Origin: Candidatus Marinacidobacterales bacterium
GTDB taxonomy: Bacteria; Acidobacteriota; Vicinamibacteria; Marinacidobacterales; DATDRI01
Assembly: GCA_965219415.1 (NCBI GenBank)
Contig: CBDCNP010000002.1
Span: forward strand, 3,872,001 to 3,936,000
Direction of reading: 5' to 3'
Length of the DNA: 64,000 nt
The notes below the pieces were generated by a model. It was not told the origin of the DNA and did no database searches. It saw only the letters and a program-made list of their open reading frames with translations. Below, piece after piece: positions 11,910 through 20,755 of the stretch. Every line of letters begins with the position of its first letter. The first letter of the stretch is position 1. Both the position numbers and the translations under genes were made by a program.

Positions 11910-13772
11910 ATGGAAAAGCGAATTCTGATGGCGTTCGCGCTGTCGTTCATGGTCTTCACGCTTTATTTAAAGTTTTTTGCTCCGCCGCCACAATCACCGC
12001 TGGTTCCCGAGGGCGGGCAACCAGGGAGTGTTGTCGAGGACGCCGGCCGTCGGCCCCTCGAAACGTCGAGACCTCCTTCACCGTCGGCGTCGCCAGCGAC
12101 GCAGCCGAGTGAGGTTTTGGACGAAGGCTCCGAAGCCGAGGCGCCCTCGGGGGAGGTTCGCGCCGACACCATCGAGAGGACGATCGAAGTCAACACTCCC
12201 CTTTATCGGGCACAGCTGCTGAATCGCGGCGCCCGCATACGGAGCTTCATCCTCAAGGAGTATGCGGACGAACAGGGGAACCCTTTCGAAATGGTTCCGA
12301 TCGAGGCCAGCGAGACCCTGAGGATCCATCCCCTCGCCCTCGATCTCGAGGACCCCGCCATGACGGATGAAGTCAAGGATGCGCTTTTCGAGACGTCGCG
12401 ACAGCGGGTGGACTTGCGCTCGGGGGAAACGGGAGAGCTCTCCTTCGATTGGGCGAACGGGCGAGGGCTCACCGTCAGCAAGAAAGTGAGATTTTCCGCT
12501 GACACCTACCGGCTCGCGGTCGAAGTCTCGGTCCAGCAAGACGGCACCGAGCTCAGCAAGACGATTCTCTTCGGTCCCGGCGTCGGAGATCAGGCGCGCG
12601 AAGGCAGATACGTGCAACCCAAACAGGGCGTCATCCAGTCGAATGGCGAGATGGAGTTCTTCTCGCTCGGCGACATCGAAGACTTCCCCGGGGCCTCGGT
12701 GGGAGTCCAGCTTGCGGGTGTTTCAGCGCATTACTTCGCCGGGCTCATGGTGCCGGCGAGAGGTAGCCGCTATGCCGCCATGCTCGAGACGCCCTACAAG
12801 ATCACGAACGAAGAAGGCGACGTCTGGTTTAGGGATCAAAGCGACGCTGATCGAGAGGCAGCAAGGCTGGCCGAGCAGCAGATGCAGCGGACGGGTAGGT
12901 TGGAAAGGCCCCAGAAGTCCCAGAGGCTTGATTTCATCACCGCTGGGCTCGAGGCGGCGAACGCACCTCTAGCGGCGACGGTTTTCATGGGGCCCAAGGA
13001 GACCGACCGACTCGCGGCGCTCGCACCCGGAATGGAGAGCGTCGTCGACTACGGGAGCTGGATGCGTTATCTGGCCTTGCCCCTTCGCCAAGCCCTCTTG
13101 TGGATCCACGGCTATGTCGGCAACTTCGGATGGTCGATCGTCCTGCTGACGATTAGTATCAACGTCCTCCTCGTTCCCCTCAAGCACCACAGCTACGTCT
13201 CGATGCAGAAGATGCAGAAGCTCAGTCCGCAAATCAAGAGAATCCAGGAGCGGTACAAGAAGCTCAAGCCAACCGACCCCCGTCGGCAGGACATGAACAA
13301 GGAGGTCTACGGTTTGTACAAGGAGCACAACGTCTCCCCGTTGTCGGGGTGCCTGCCGATGCTCCTCATGATCCCCTTCTTCTTCGCCTTCTACCGGTTG
13401 CTGATGGTTTCGATCGAGCTACGTCAAGCTCCGTGGATTCTCTGGATCCAAGATCTTTCCAACTTCGATCCCTTCTTCGTGTTGCCCATTTTGATGGGTG
13501 TCAGCCAGGTCGCGATTCAGAGATTGAGCCCCCAAACCTCTGCCGATCCGGTGCAGGCCAAGATCATGGCCTTCATGCCGGTGGTGTTCGTCTTCATCTT
13601 GGCCTGGGCTCCAGCCGGCTTGGTGTTGTATTGGTTCGTGAACAATTTGGTCTCCCTGGGTCAGCAGACCGTGACCAACCGGATGCTGACGGAGGGCGAG
13701 CAGGAACAGGCGAGTACGGCTGGGGGTAAGAAAAAGAAGAAGAAGAAAGCGAGCGCCCAGACGGCCGTCTGA
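11910..13772 (+). CDS. yidC: Membrane protein insertase YidC
   Basis: GNFGWSIVLLT, GCLPMLL, WIQDLS, GLVLYWFVNN. Confidence 0.96.
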   Translation: MEKRILMAFALSFMVFTLYLKFFAPPPQSPLVPEGGQPGSVVEDAGRRPLETSRPPSPSASPATQPSEVLDEGSEAEAPSGEVRADTIERTIEVNTPLYRAQLLNRGARIRSFILKEYADEQGNPFEMVPIEASETLRIHPLALDLEDPAMTDEVKDALFETSRQRVDLRSGETGELSFDWANGRGLTVSKKVRFSADTYRLAVEVSVQQDGTELSKTILFGPGVGDQAREGRYVQPKQGVIQSNGEMEFFSLGDIEDFPGASVGVQLAGVSAHYFAGLMVPARGSRYAAMLETPYKITNEEGDVWFRDQSDADREAARLAEQQMQRTGRLERPQKSQRLDFITAGLEAANAPLAATVFMGPKETDRLAALAPGMESVVDYGSWMRYLALPLRQALLWIHGYVGNFGWSIVLLTISINVLLVPLKHHSYVSMQKMQKLSPQIKRIQERYKKLKPTDPRRQDMNKEVYGLYKEHNVSPLSGCLPMLLMIPFFFAFYRLLMVSIELRQAPWILWIQDLSNFDPFFVLPILMGVSQVAIQRLSPQTSADPVQAKIMAFMPVVFVFILAWAPAGLVLYWFVNNLVSLGQQTVTNRMLTEGEQEQASTAGGKKKKKKKASAQTAV

Positions 13773-13807
13773 CGGCCGCCGCGGCAACCGACGACGAGTG
13801 GAGGAAC

Positions 13808-14254
13808 ATGAGTATCGAGGAAGAGGTTCGAGCCTTCCAAACTGAGGTGGTAGAGCGCATGGGATTCGACCTCCGCGTCGAGGTCGAGTCGACGGATGAG
13901 AACATACTCGTGGAGGTGAGTGGCCCGGATCGGGACGACGTGCTGCAGGAGAAAGCGGAGCTCCTAGAGACCTTCCAGTACCTGCTCAACCGTGTCTTCG
14001 CGACGCGTCTTTCCGGTCGGCGTGTCGTTGCCGACTGCGATGGCTTCCGAATGCGCAAGGAAGAGGAGCTCCGGCAGATCGCTCAAAAGGTCTCCGAAAG
14101 GGTCAAGCTCACTGGAGACAAAGAAGCCCTCGGGCAGATGAATCCCCATGAGAGGCGCATTGTTCATATGGCGGTGGCCGAGGAAGAGGGGGTCACGACC
14201 GAGAGCGACGGCGACGGTTTCCTGAAGCGCATCACCATCCTTCCCGAAGACTGA
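13808..14254 (+). CDS. jag: Jag/KhpB-like RNA-binding protein (KH + R3H, short form)
   Basis: R3H motif MNPHERRIVH; located after yidC. Confidence 0.85.
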   Translation: MSIEEEVRAFQTEVVERMGFDLRVEVESTDENILVEVSGPDRDDVLQEKAELLETFQYLLNRVFATRLSGRRVVADCDGFRMRKEEELRQIAQKVSERVKLTGDKEALGQMNPHERRIVHMAVAEEEGVTTESDGDGFLKRITILPED

Positions 14255-14309
14255 CGTTCCAATCCTCGCACCCCAACCAGGAACCCCGTACCTGCCAGAG
14301 GAGAGTGGC

Positions 14310-14954
14310 TTGCCAAACCGTCTCGAAGACCGCCTCCGCAGACCAGACATCCCCCTGAGCAGCGCCCAGGTCACGCAGCTGGTCAAGCTCGATGACTTGG
14401 TCGACGAGTGGAGCAAAGCGGTCGATCTCTCGGGATTTCGAGATGGTGACGAACGCTTTCCGCGTTACGTGGCGGAGCCTCTCGACGCCCTTCGATGGCT
14501 CCCCGACCGCACCGGCGCGGCTCTCGATATCGGTTCCGGTGGGGGCAGCCCCGCCCTTCCCTTGGCCGTCGCGCGTCCGGCCAATCACTGGACCCTGCTC
14601 GAGCCCAACCGCCGACGAGCGGTTTTTCTGGAGGAAGCGCTGTCGATCCTGGCGCTCGAAGGGTCGCGAGTGGTCCGCCGACGGTGGGAAGACTTCGTTC
14701 CAGACGTCCCGTTCCTGACCATTACGAGTCGTGGCGTGGCGTTGCCCGAGAGCTGCCTTTCGAAAATGGCCGATTGGCTCGAGCCGGCAGGAAGACTTCT
14801 CTTGTTCACGGGCCAGGAGCGTAGCGAGGAGTTAGTGCGGTGGGGAGCCAGCATCCCCCTGCTCAAGCTAGAGGCGCAGACCGCCCTGGCCCCCCAGCTC
14901 AAGGCGTGGCTGGTCGTCTTCGAGAAGCTCGGGGAGAGGCGCGAGACACCGTGA
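14310..14954 (+). CDS. rsmG: 16S rRNA m7G527 methyltransferase
   Basis: LDIGSGGGSPALPLA, LLEPNRRRAVFL, ITSRGV; located before parA. Confidence 0.85.
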   Translation: MPNRLEDRLRRPDIPLSSAQVTQLVKLDDLVDEWSKAVDLSGFRDGDERFPRYVAEPLDALRWLPDRTGAALDIGSGGGSPALPLAVARPANHWTLLEPNRRRAVFLEEALSILALEGSRVVRRRWEDFVPDVPFLTITSRGVALPESCLSKMADWLEPAGRLLLFTGQERSEELVRWGASIPLLKLEAQTALAPQLKAWLVVFEKLGERRETP

Positions 14955-15321
14955 GCAATGAAAGTCTTTCGGCCAACTCATCGAGCCGCTCGCGGTCCGG
15001 GTGACGGAACCGCGATTTGATCTCCACCATTTCCCTCCAGATGCCAAAGGCCTCTCGCTTGTGCCCCTGCAAAGGGTAGCGGTCGAAATGGTCTACAACG
15101 GGGAGGAACTCGTTATGGCGCGTGACGCGGTAGTAGAGCCCCCCGGGCGAGACCGGATAAATGCTACCCCCGCCCCAATAACTCTGAAGGCCCTCCAGGA
15201 TGACCCGGTCCTGCTCGGGTAGACGAAGCGAAAAGTAAACCGAGATGTTGCCTGCGGCGCGGCTGAAGGTGAAAGACCCGCTGGCGTCGGCGAGTCCGGT
15301 GACGTATTCAGGGGCTAGCAT
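14899..15321 (-). CDS. Single-motif LAGLIDADG-family protein, free-standing
   Basis: N-terminal YVTGLADASGSF plus D..IL..LQSYWGGGSIY, YYRVT and VVDHFDRYPLQGHK...F.IW, typical of LAGLIDADG_1 domains. Confidence 0.8.
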   Translation of the reverse strand: MLAPEYVTGLADASGSFTFSRAAGNISVYFSLRLPEQDRVILEGLQSYWGGGSIYPVSPGGLYYRVTRHNEFLPVVDHFDRYPLQGHKREAFGIWREMVEIKSRFRHPDRERLDELAERLSLLTVSRASPRASRRRPATP

Positions 15322-15362
15322 CGTTATGAGCCTGGGGCACCTGAAACTGTTTATATCAGAAC

Positions 15363-15378
15363 TGTTTCACGTGCAACA
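15363..15378. promoter_or_regulatory. parS centromere-like site
   Basis: TGTTTCACGTGCAACA, one mismatch to consensus TGTTTCACGTGAAACA; ~90 bp upstream of parA. Confidence 0.85.
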
Positions 15379-15470
15379 CTCGCTTACGATCACCAAGTGG
15401 GTGGCACTTGTCGACACTTCATGGTTTCCAGCTGGGATGGGCGTCATGCTATGCTGTGCTTTTCCGCTTT

Positions 15471-16247
15471 ATGGGCAAAATCGTCGCTATAGCTAACCAA
15501 AAGGGTGGTGTCGGAAAGACCACCACCGCGATCAACCTAGGGTCCTCCCTCGCCGCGGCCGAGGCCCGCACGCTCGTCGTGGATGTAGATCCCCAGGCGA
15601 ACCTCACGAGTGGGCTAGGTCTTAGGCCGAAATCTCGAAACGGGACCATTTATGACGCCCTCATCGAGGAGAAACCGGTCACGAGCTTGATCGTGGACAC
15701 GTCGCTCGAACACTTGAAGGCGATCACGTCGGAGCGCAATTTGACCGGTGCGGAGATCGAGTTGGTGGGCGAGTCGCGCCGAGAGTTTCGGCTCAAGGAC
15801 ATTCTGGCGCCGGTCGTCTCGAAGTTCGACTATGTGCTCATTGACTGTCCGCCCTCCTTGGGGTTGCTTACGGTGAACGCCTTGGTGGCTGCCGACTCGG
15901 TTCTCATTCCCCTGCAGTGCGAGTTCTTTGCGCTGGAGGGAATGAGCGAGCTCATGTCCACCGTCGAGAGAATTCAGCAGAGTTTCAACCCTGAGCTCAC
16001 GATCGAGGGCATTCTCTTGACGATGTTCGACGAGCGGACGAACCTCTCCTCCCAAGTCATCGACGACGTCCGGAAGCATTTCCGAGGGGCGGTCTTCGAA
16101 AGCGTCGTGCCCCGCAATATCCGGCTCGCCGAGGCACCTTCCCATGGCCAACCGATTCTTCTGTATGACATTCGGTCCAAAGGGGCGGAGGCGTATTTAT
16201 CGCTTACCAAGGAGATCCTGAAGCATGAAACGCAAGGCGCTCGGTAA
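15471..16247 (+). CDS. parA: Chromosome partitioning ATPase ParA/Soj
   Basis: ANQKGGVGKTTT, DVDPQAN, IDCPPSLG, PRNIRLAEAPSHG. Confidence 0.97.
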   Translation: MGKIVAIANQKGGVGKTTTAINLGSSLAAAEARTLVVDVDPQANLTSGLGLRPKSRNGTIYDALIEEKPVTSLIVDTSLEHLKAITSERNLTGAEIELVGESRREFRLKDILAPVVSKFDYVLIDCPPSLGLLTVNALVAADSVLIPLQCEFFALEGMSELMSTVERIQQSFNPELTIEGILLTMFDERTNLSSQVIDDVRKHFRGAVFESVVPRNIRLAEAPSHGQPILLYDIRSKGAEAYLSLTKEILKHETQGAR

Positions 16248-17106
16248 AGGATTATCCGCCCTGCTCCCGGAAGCCCCCGTCGGCGCCGCCAACAATTGGG
16301 CGGAGGTCGACATCGAGCGCATCGATCCGAACCCCTTCCAGCCGCGACAACACATGGGGGAGGAGAAGCTCCGCGAGCTGGCGGAGTCGCTGTCGAACCA
16401 AGGGTTCGTGCAACCGCTCCTGGTTCGACGTCTCGCCGGACGCTATCAACTCATCGCCGGAGAACGGCGTTGGCGAGCCGCCCGGCTGGCCGGGCTCCAG
16501 AAAGTGCCGGTGGTCGTCCGGCAAGTTGGCGAGTCCCAGCTTCTCGAGCTGGCACTCATCGAGAACATCCAGCGAGAAGAGCTGAACCCCATCGAAGAGG
16601 CGGGTGCCTACCAGAGACTGATTTCGGATCTCGGTTTGTCCCAGGAGCAGATCGCAGCGCGCGTCTCCAAGGACCGATCCACGGTAGCCAACATGCTTCG
16701 GCTGCTGCGTTTACCGGCCGCCATTCGGAAGGCCATCGCCCAGCAACAAATCTCCCCCGGTCACGCCCGACCACTCCTGGCACTGGGGGGTGCCGAGGCC
16801 CAGATCGGCGTTGCCCGCGAGGTCGTGGAAAGAGGACTTTCCGTTCGTGAGGTCGAGCGGCGTGTGAAGACGCTGCTTACCGAGCGGAGCCGGTCGGTAA
16901 AGAAGAAGACCAAGTCCCCTCGCACCGATCCAAATACCCGCGCCGCCGAGGGTCGGCTCCGCCAGGTCCTGGGCACCCGGGTGCGGATCCTACGAAAGGG
17001 TCGTGCCGGAAGCATCGAGCTCTCCTATCACTCCGAGGAGGAGCTCAACCGCCTTTACGAGATACTGCTCCGCGGAGCTCGTGCGAAGCTATCGCGCATC
17101 CGCTGA
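16225..17106 (+). CDS. parB: Chromosome partitioning protein ParB/Spo0J
   Basis: KRKALGKGLSAL, LIAGERRWRAA, ALIENIQREELNPIEEA, HTH. Confidence 0.97.
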   Translation: MKRKALGKGLSALLPEAPVGAANNWAEVDIERIDPNPFQPRQHMGEEKLRELAESLSNQGFVQPLLVRRLAGRYQLIAGERRWRAARLAGLQKVPVVVRQVGESQLLELALIENIQREELNPIEEAGAYQRLISDLGLSQEQIAARVSKDRSTVANMLRLLRLPAAIRKAIAQQQISPGHARPLLALGGAEAQIGVAREVVERGLSVREVERRVKTLLTERSRSVKKKTKSPRTDPNTRAAEGRLRQVLGTRVRILRKGRAGSIELSYHSEEELNRLYEILLRGARAKLSRIR

Positions 17107-17186
17107 GCTCACCTGACAAGAGAGAAACAACAGAAAGAGATGTATCGTTCAACAAAGTGTGCGCCGGAAAGGGGGCAACATTGAAA

Positions 17187-17594
17187 ATGAAGGGTGAGGC
17201 AGCGGGAGATCTTTCCGGCTTTCTCGATAGCGAAACAGACCTAACCGGCGAGCTCAATTTCAAGGACACGCTGCGCATCGACGGGAAGTTCCAGGGGAGC
17301 GTACGGACGGGAAAGAGCTTGGTGATTGGCGAGACGGCGGATGTCAACGCGGAGATCGATGTGGAATCGATCTTCATCAGCGGGAAGGTGCAAGGTAAGG
17401 TGCGGGCGAGCGAGCGCGTCGAGCTTCACCGGACCGCGCGGGTCGATGCAGAGATCCACACCAAGATTCTCGTCGTCGAGGAAGGCGCTCAGTTCGAGGG
17501 TCATTGTTCGATGAAGAGCGTGACGACCAAGAAGCCGCTCGAGCCAACCGCTGGGGCACAGAGAGAAAAGAAACAAATTTTTGGGGTGAAGTGA
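17187..17594 (+). CDS. Bactofilin (polymer-forming cytoskeletal protein); start may be TTG 17181
   Basis: Beta-helical pattern GELNFKDTLRIDGKFQGSV...LVIGE.A.V.AEI...GAQFEGHCSM. Confidence 0.9.
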   Translation: MKGEAAGDLSGFLDSETDLTGELNFKDTLRIDGKFQGSVRTGKSLVIGETADVNAEIDVESIFISGKVQGKVRASERVELHRTARVDAEIHTKILVVEEGAQFEGHCSMKSVTTKKPLEPTAGAQREKKQIFGVK

Positions 17595-17627
17595 CACCCC
17601 GGCACCCTGTTGGCAAGGAACGAAAAA

Positions 17628-18689
17628 ATGCTGAAAGCGTTGAAGAAAAACAGGAGGCTCACCGAGCTAGTCACCTGTGCCGGGTGAGCGTCCAAACTGA
17701 GTCCATTGGACCTCGCCCAGGTTCTGGGAGGCTTGCCGAAAAACGAGAACCCTCGCGTACTGGCCGATTACCGTCAGGCCAGCGACGCGGGGGTGTATCT
17801 TTTGGACGGAGAGAACGGGAGCGACGCCCTCGTTCAGAGCGTAGACTTCTTCACTCCGATCGTCGACGACCCTTACATCTATGGGGCGGCGACCGCCGCC
17901 AACTCGCTGTCTGATCTCTACGCCATGGCCGCGACTCCCATGACCGCGCTCTCCATCGTCGGGTTTCCTAAAACCGGTGTCGACTTTTCGATTCTCGCCG
18001 AGATGCTACGCGGCGGGCACGACAAGCTCCACGAGGCGGGCGCGGTGCTCCTCGGTGGTCATACCGTGCAAGACCCCGAAATGAAATTGGGTTATGCGGT
18101 AACCGGCAGGGCAAAGCGGGATGCACTGGTCAGCAATGGTGGTGCTCGGACGGGCGACCTGCTCTATCTCACCAAGCCCATCGGTACCGGCGTTCTCTCG
18201 ACGGCGCTCAAGAAAGGGAAGCTGAGCGACAATGCGGGCGCTGCCCTTCATCGGAACCTCGTTACGCTCAACCGAGCTGCCTCCGAAGTGATGCAGGAGA
18301 TCGGGGTCTCGTCCGCGACCGACATCACCGGCTTTGGATTGCTTGGGCATGGCGCAGAAATGGCGCGCGCGAGCTCCGGGACCCTGGAGATAGATTCTGA
18401 ATCGGTGCCGCTCCTTCCCGAGGCGATGCACCACCAGAAGAAGGGCCACGTGACGGGGGGGCTAGAGACAAATCGCAGCTACGTCGAGGATATCCTCGAG
18501 ATCGCCGGCCAGGTTGATCGCCATCTCGCCGAATTACTACTGGATCCGCAGACCTCGGGCGGGCTGCTCATCGCCGTTCCCGAGGCGAAAGACGAATCCT
18601 TCCGGCAAGCACTCTCCGCCAAAAAGGCCGCGGCGGCCAGGATCGGTCGCGTCATTTCGGAAGAGCAGGCGAGAATCGTCGTGGTGTGA
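17628..18689 (+). CDS. selD: Selenide, water dikinase SelD, selenocysteine-containing (UGA at 17685-17687)
   Basis: In-frame MLKALKKNRRLTELVTCAG-UGA-ASKLSPLDL joins the 17706 ORF; DFFTPIVDDP, AANSLSDLYAM, TDITGFGLLGH, DPQTSGGLL. Confidence 0.93.
17711..17731 (+). promoter_or_regulatory. Putative bacterial SECIS hairpin
   Basis: CCT(CG)CCCAG-GTT-CTGGGAGG stem-loop; G-first loop 33 nt after the UGA. Confidence 0.6.
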
Positions 18690-18923
18690 GCCCCGAATCC
18701 TAGGCGGCCGGCCCCTTCAGGCTCGACGCCAAAATACCCGGTCGCCACTAGCGGAGGTAGCCAGGCGTCTCGTAGATCTTGTTGGGCGTCCAGTTGGCGT
18801 CTCATAAGTTCCTGCTGGCCGCCAAAATACCTGGTTGCCAATCTCAAGCTAGCCGGGCGGCGGGTGCTGCTATTGGTCGCGGCAGAACGCCGGTAAGTCT
18901 CGCCCTTTAAAGGGCTCGGTTCG

Positions 18924-18952
18924 TTGACGGAGCCCTTCCGGCATGTTATCTT
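18924..18952 (+). promoter_or_regulatory. Sigma70-type promoter for the atp operon
   Basis: TTGACG-17 bp-TATCTT with extended TG. Confidence 0.6.
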
Positions 18953-19029
18953 TAAAGACTTTGTGCGAGTCATATCGCACAAAACTCACGATAGTTACGA
19001 AGAGACTAGGCACTCGCCGAGGAGCTAGG

Positions 19030-19458
19030 TTGATCAGCGTCGATTTTTCCGCCCTCATTATTACAGCACTCGTTTTTGCCCTCGTCCTTGTGCTCGGCCG
19101 ATTTTTCTTTCAGCCGCTGGCCGGCGCGATGCAAGAACGCCAAGGTCGGATCGACGCAGCAGAGACCATCCGTGCGGAAACGACGAAGGAGGTTGAGGAG
19201 ATCCTCGCCACGCACCGCGAAGCGATGGGTCGTGCCCGGGACGAAGGCTATCAGGTTCTTGACAAGGCTCGGGCCGCTGGTCAAGCCGAGGCGGATCGCC
19301 ACTTCGGCGCCGAGCGTGAGAAGACTCTCCAGGAAATGGCGCGAGCGCGAGAGGAGCTTCGACAGCAAGGCGAAGCGGCGCTCAAGTCTCTCGAGTCTGA
19401 GTCCGATCGGTTGGCGGCGAAGATCGCTTCTCGCATCCTCGGGAGGACGGCGGCTTGA
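19030..19458 (+). CDS. atpF: F0F1 ATP synthase subunit b'
   Basis: TTG start after AGGAG; N-terminal TM helix, FFFQPL...ERQGRI, coiled coil, IASRILGR. Confidence 0.85.
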   Translation: MISVDFSALIITALVFALVLVLGRFFFQPLAGAMQERQGRIDAAETIRAETTKEVEEILATHREAMGRARDEGYQVLDKARAAGQAEADRHFGAEREKTLQEMARAREELRQQGEAALKSLESESDRLAAKIASRILGRTAA

Positions 19459-20018
19459 AGCTTGTCTTCATCGTCCTAGGCTTTCTTGTCTTTCTTATTG
19501 GTGGAGCCGGAGTGGTCGAGGCCTCATCCGAGGAAGGCGGACACGGACTCGATCTACTCTTCCGCGTCATCAACTTCGTGATTTTGGCCGGCGCGTTGGT
19601 GTACCTGTTGAGGAAGCCGCTCGGCAACTACCTCGACGCGAAAACCGAGCAGATCCGGAAAGATCTGGCGGAAGCGGTCGGGAAGCGAGAGCGGGCGGAA
19701 GCCGAACGTAAGGAGGCGAAGGCTCGTCTGGAGGGGCTGGATCAGGAAATCGCTGAAGCGCGAGAGAAGGGGTTAGCCCAGGCCGAAGCAGAGCGTCAAC
19801 GGATCCTGGAGGCGGCACAGGCTGAGGCAGTACGTCTCGCAGAGCACGCCAAGAGAGAGCTTGCGGACGAGCTAGAGTTGGCGCGCCGGAAGCTGACGGC
19901 CCGCGCGGCGGAACTATCGGTGGAGCTGGCTCGCAAGAAGATTGGTGAGCAGATCGGCGACGACGACCGCCGCCGGCTCTTCGAAAAAGGGCTGGAAAAA
20001 CTAGGGGAGGTTCGGTGA
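19455..20018 (+). CDS. atpF: F0F1 ATP synthase subunit b
   Basis: FRVINFVIL...YLLRKPL and coiled coil. Confidence 0.9.
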   Translation: MKLVFIVLGFLVFLIGGAGVVEASSEEGGHGLDLLFRVINFVILAGALVYLLRKPLGNYLDAKTEQIRKDLAEAVGKRERAEAERKEAKARLEGLDQEIAEAREKGLAQAEAERQRILEAAQAEAVRLAEHAKRELADELELARRKLTARAAELSVELARKKIGEQIGDDDRRRLFEKGLEKLGEVR

Positions 20019-20575
20019 AGATCTCCGGAGAAGCGCTAGTTGTCGCCAACCGCTACGCGAGGGCCCTGTTTCAGGTGGTGCTCGAAGAGAAGGAAGATTC
20101 GGAGCGGATTGATCGTGAGCTCCGCGACGTTGCCGCCGTGCTCGAGTCGAACCCCGACCTCGATCAGGCGTTGGGGAGCCCGGCCGTCGTCTCGTCGAAG
20201 CGCGTCGCCATCGTGGAGCAGCTGTTCGGCAAGAAGAAATTGAGCCGCATTACGATGAATCTTCTCAGAGTCATGACTGCTAAGGAGCGGATGCCGGTCC
20301 TTCCGATGGTGCAAGCCGCCTATCGGCGACAGGTGGATGAGCACGAAAAGGTCGAGAAGGCGGAGGTGGTAAGTTCCTATGCGCTCTCCAAGAAGGAAGA
20401 GAAGATGCTAATCGGGAGACTCAGCGAAATCACCGGGAAGACCGTACACGCCGAGTTTCGTACCGACCCCGAGCTCGTGGGAGGGCTCGTCATCAAGATC
20501 GGTAACCTGATTTACGACTCGAGCGTGACGACACAGTTGGCGCGAGTCAAGGAGCGTCTCCTCTCGACGCATTGA
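20015..20575 (+). CDS. atpH: ATP synthase subunit delta
   Basis: VANRYARALF, DPELVGGLVIKIG...YDSSV. Confidence 0.95.
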   Translation: MKISGEALVVANRYARALFQVVLEEKEDSERIDRELRDVAAVLESNPDLDQALGSPAVVSSKRVAIVEQLFGKKKLSRITMNLLRVMTAKERMPVLPMVQAAYRRQVDEHEKVEKAEVVSSYALSKKEEKMLIGRLSEITGKTVHAEFRTDPELVGGLVIKIGNLIYDSSVTTQLARVKERLLSTH

Positions 20576-20755
20576 GTTTGGAAGTTCTTGAAACCGCCGT
20601 CTGACGAGGTTGATAGTAGCAACGCCGTATTTTGACGGCCGGGGGCGTCTGACCAGCCGGACACTGGCTACTTCGTATATTGACCGCCCAAAGGCGAGCG
20701 CGGTGAGTAGGGCGACGCATATCGACGTTATTAACAAAGTGAGGGTAAGACGTAA

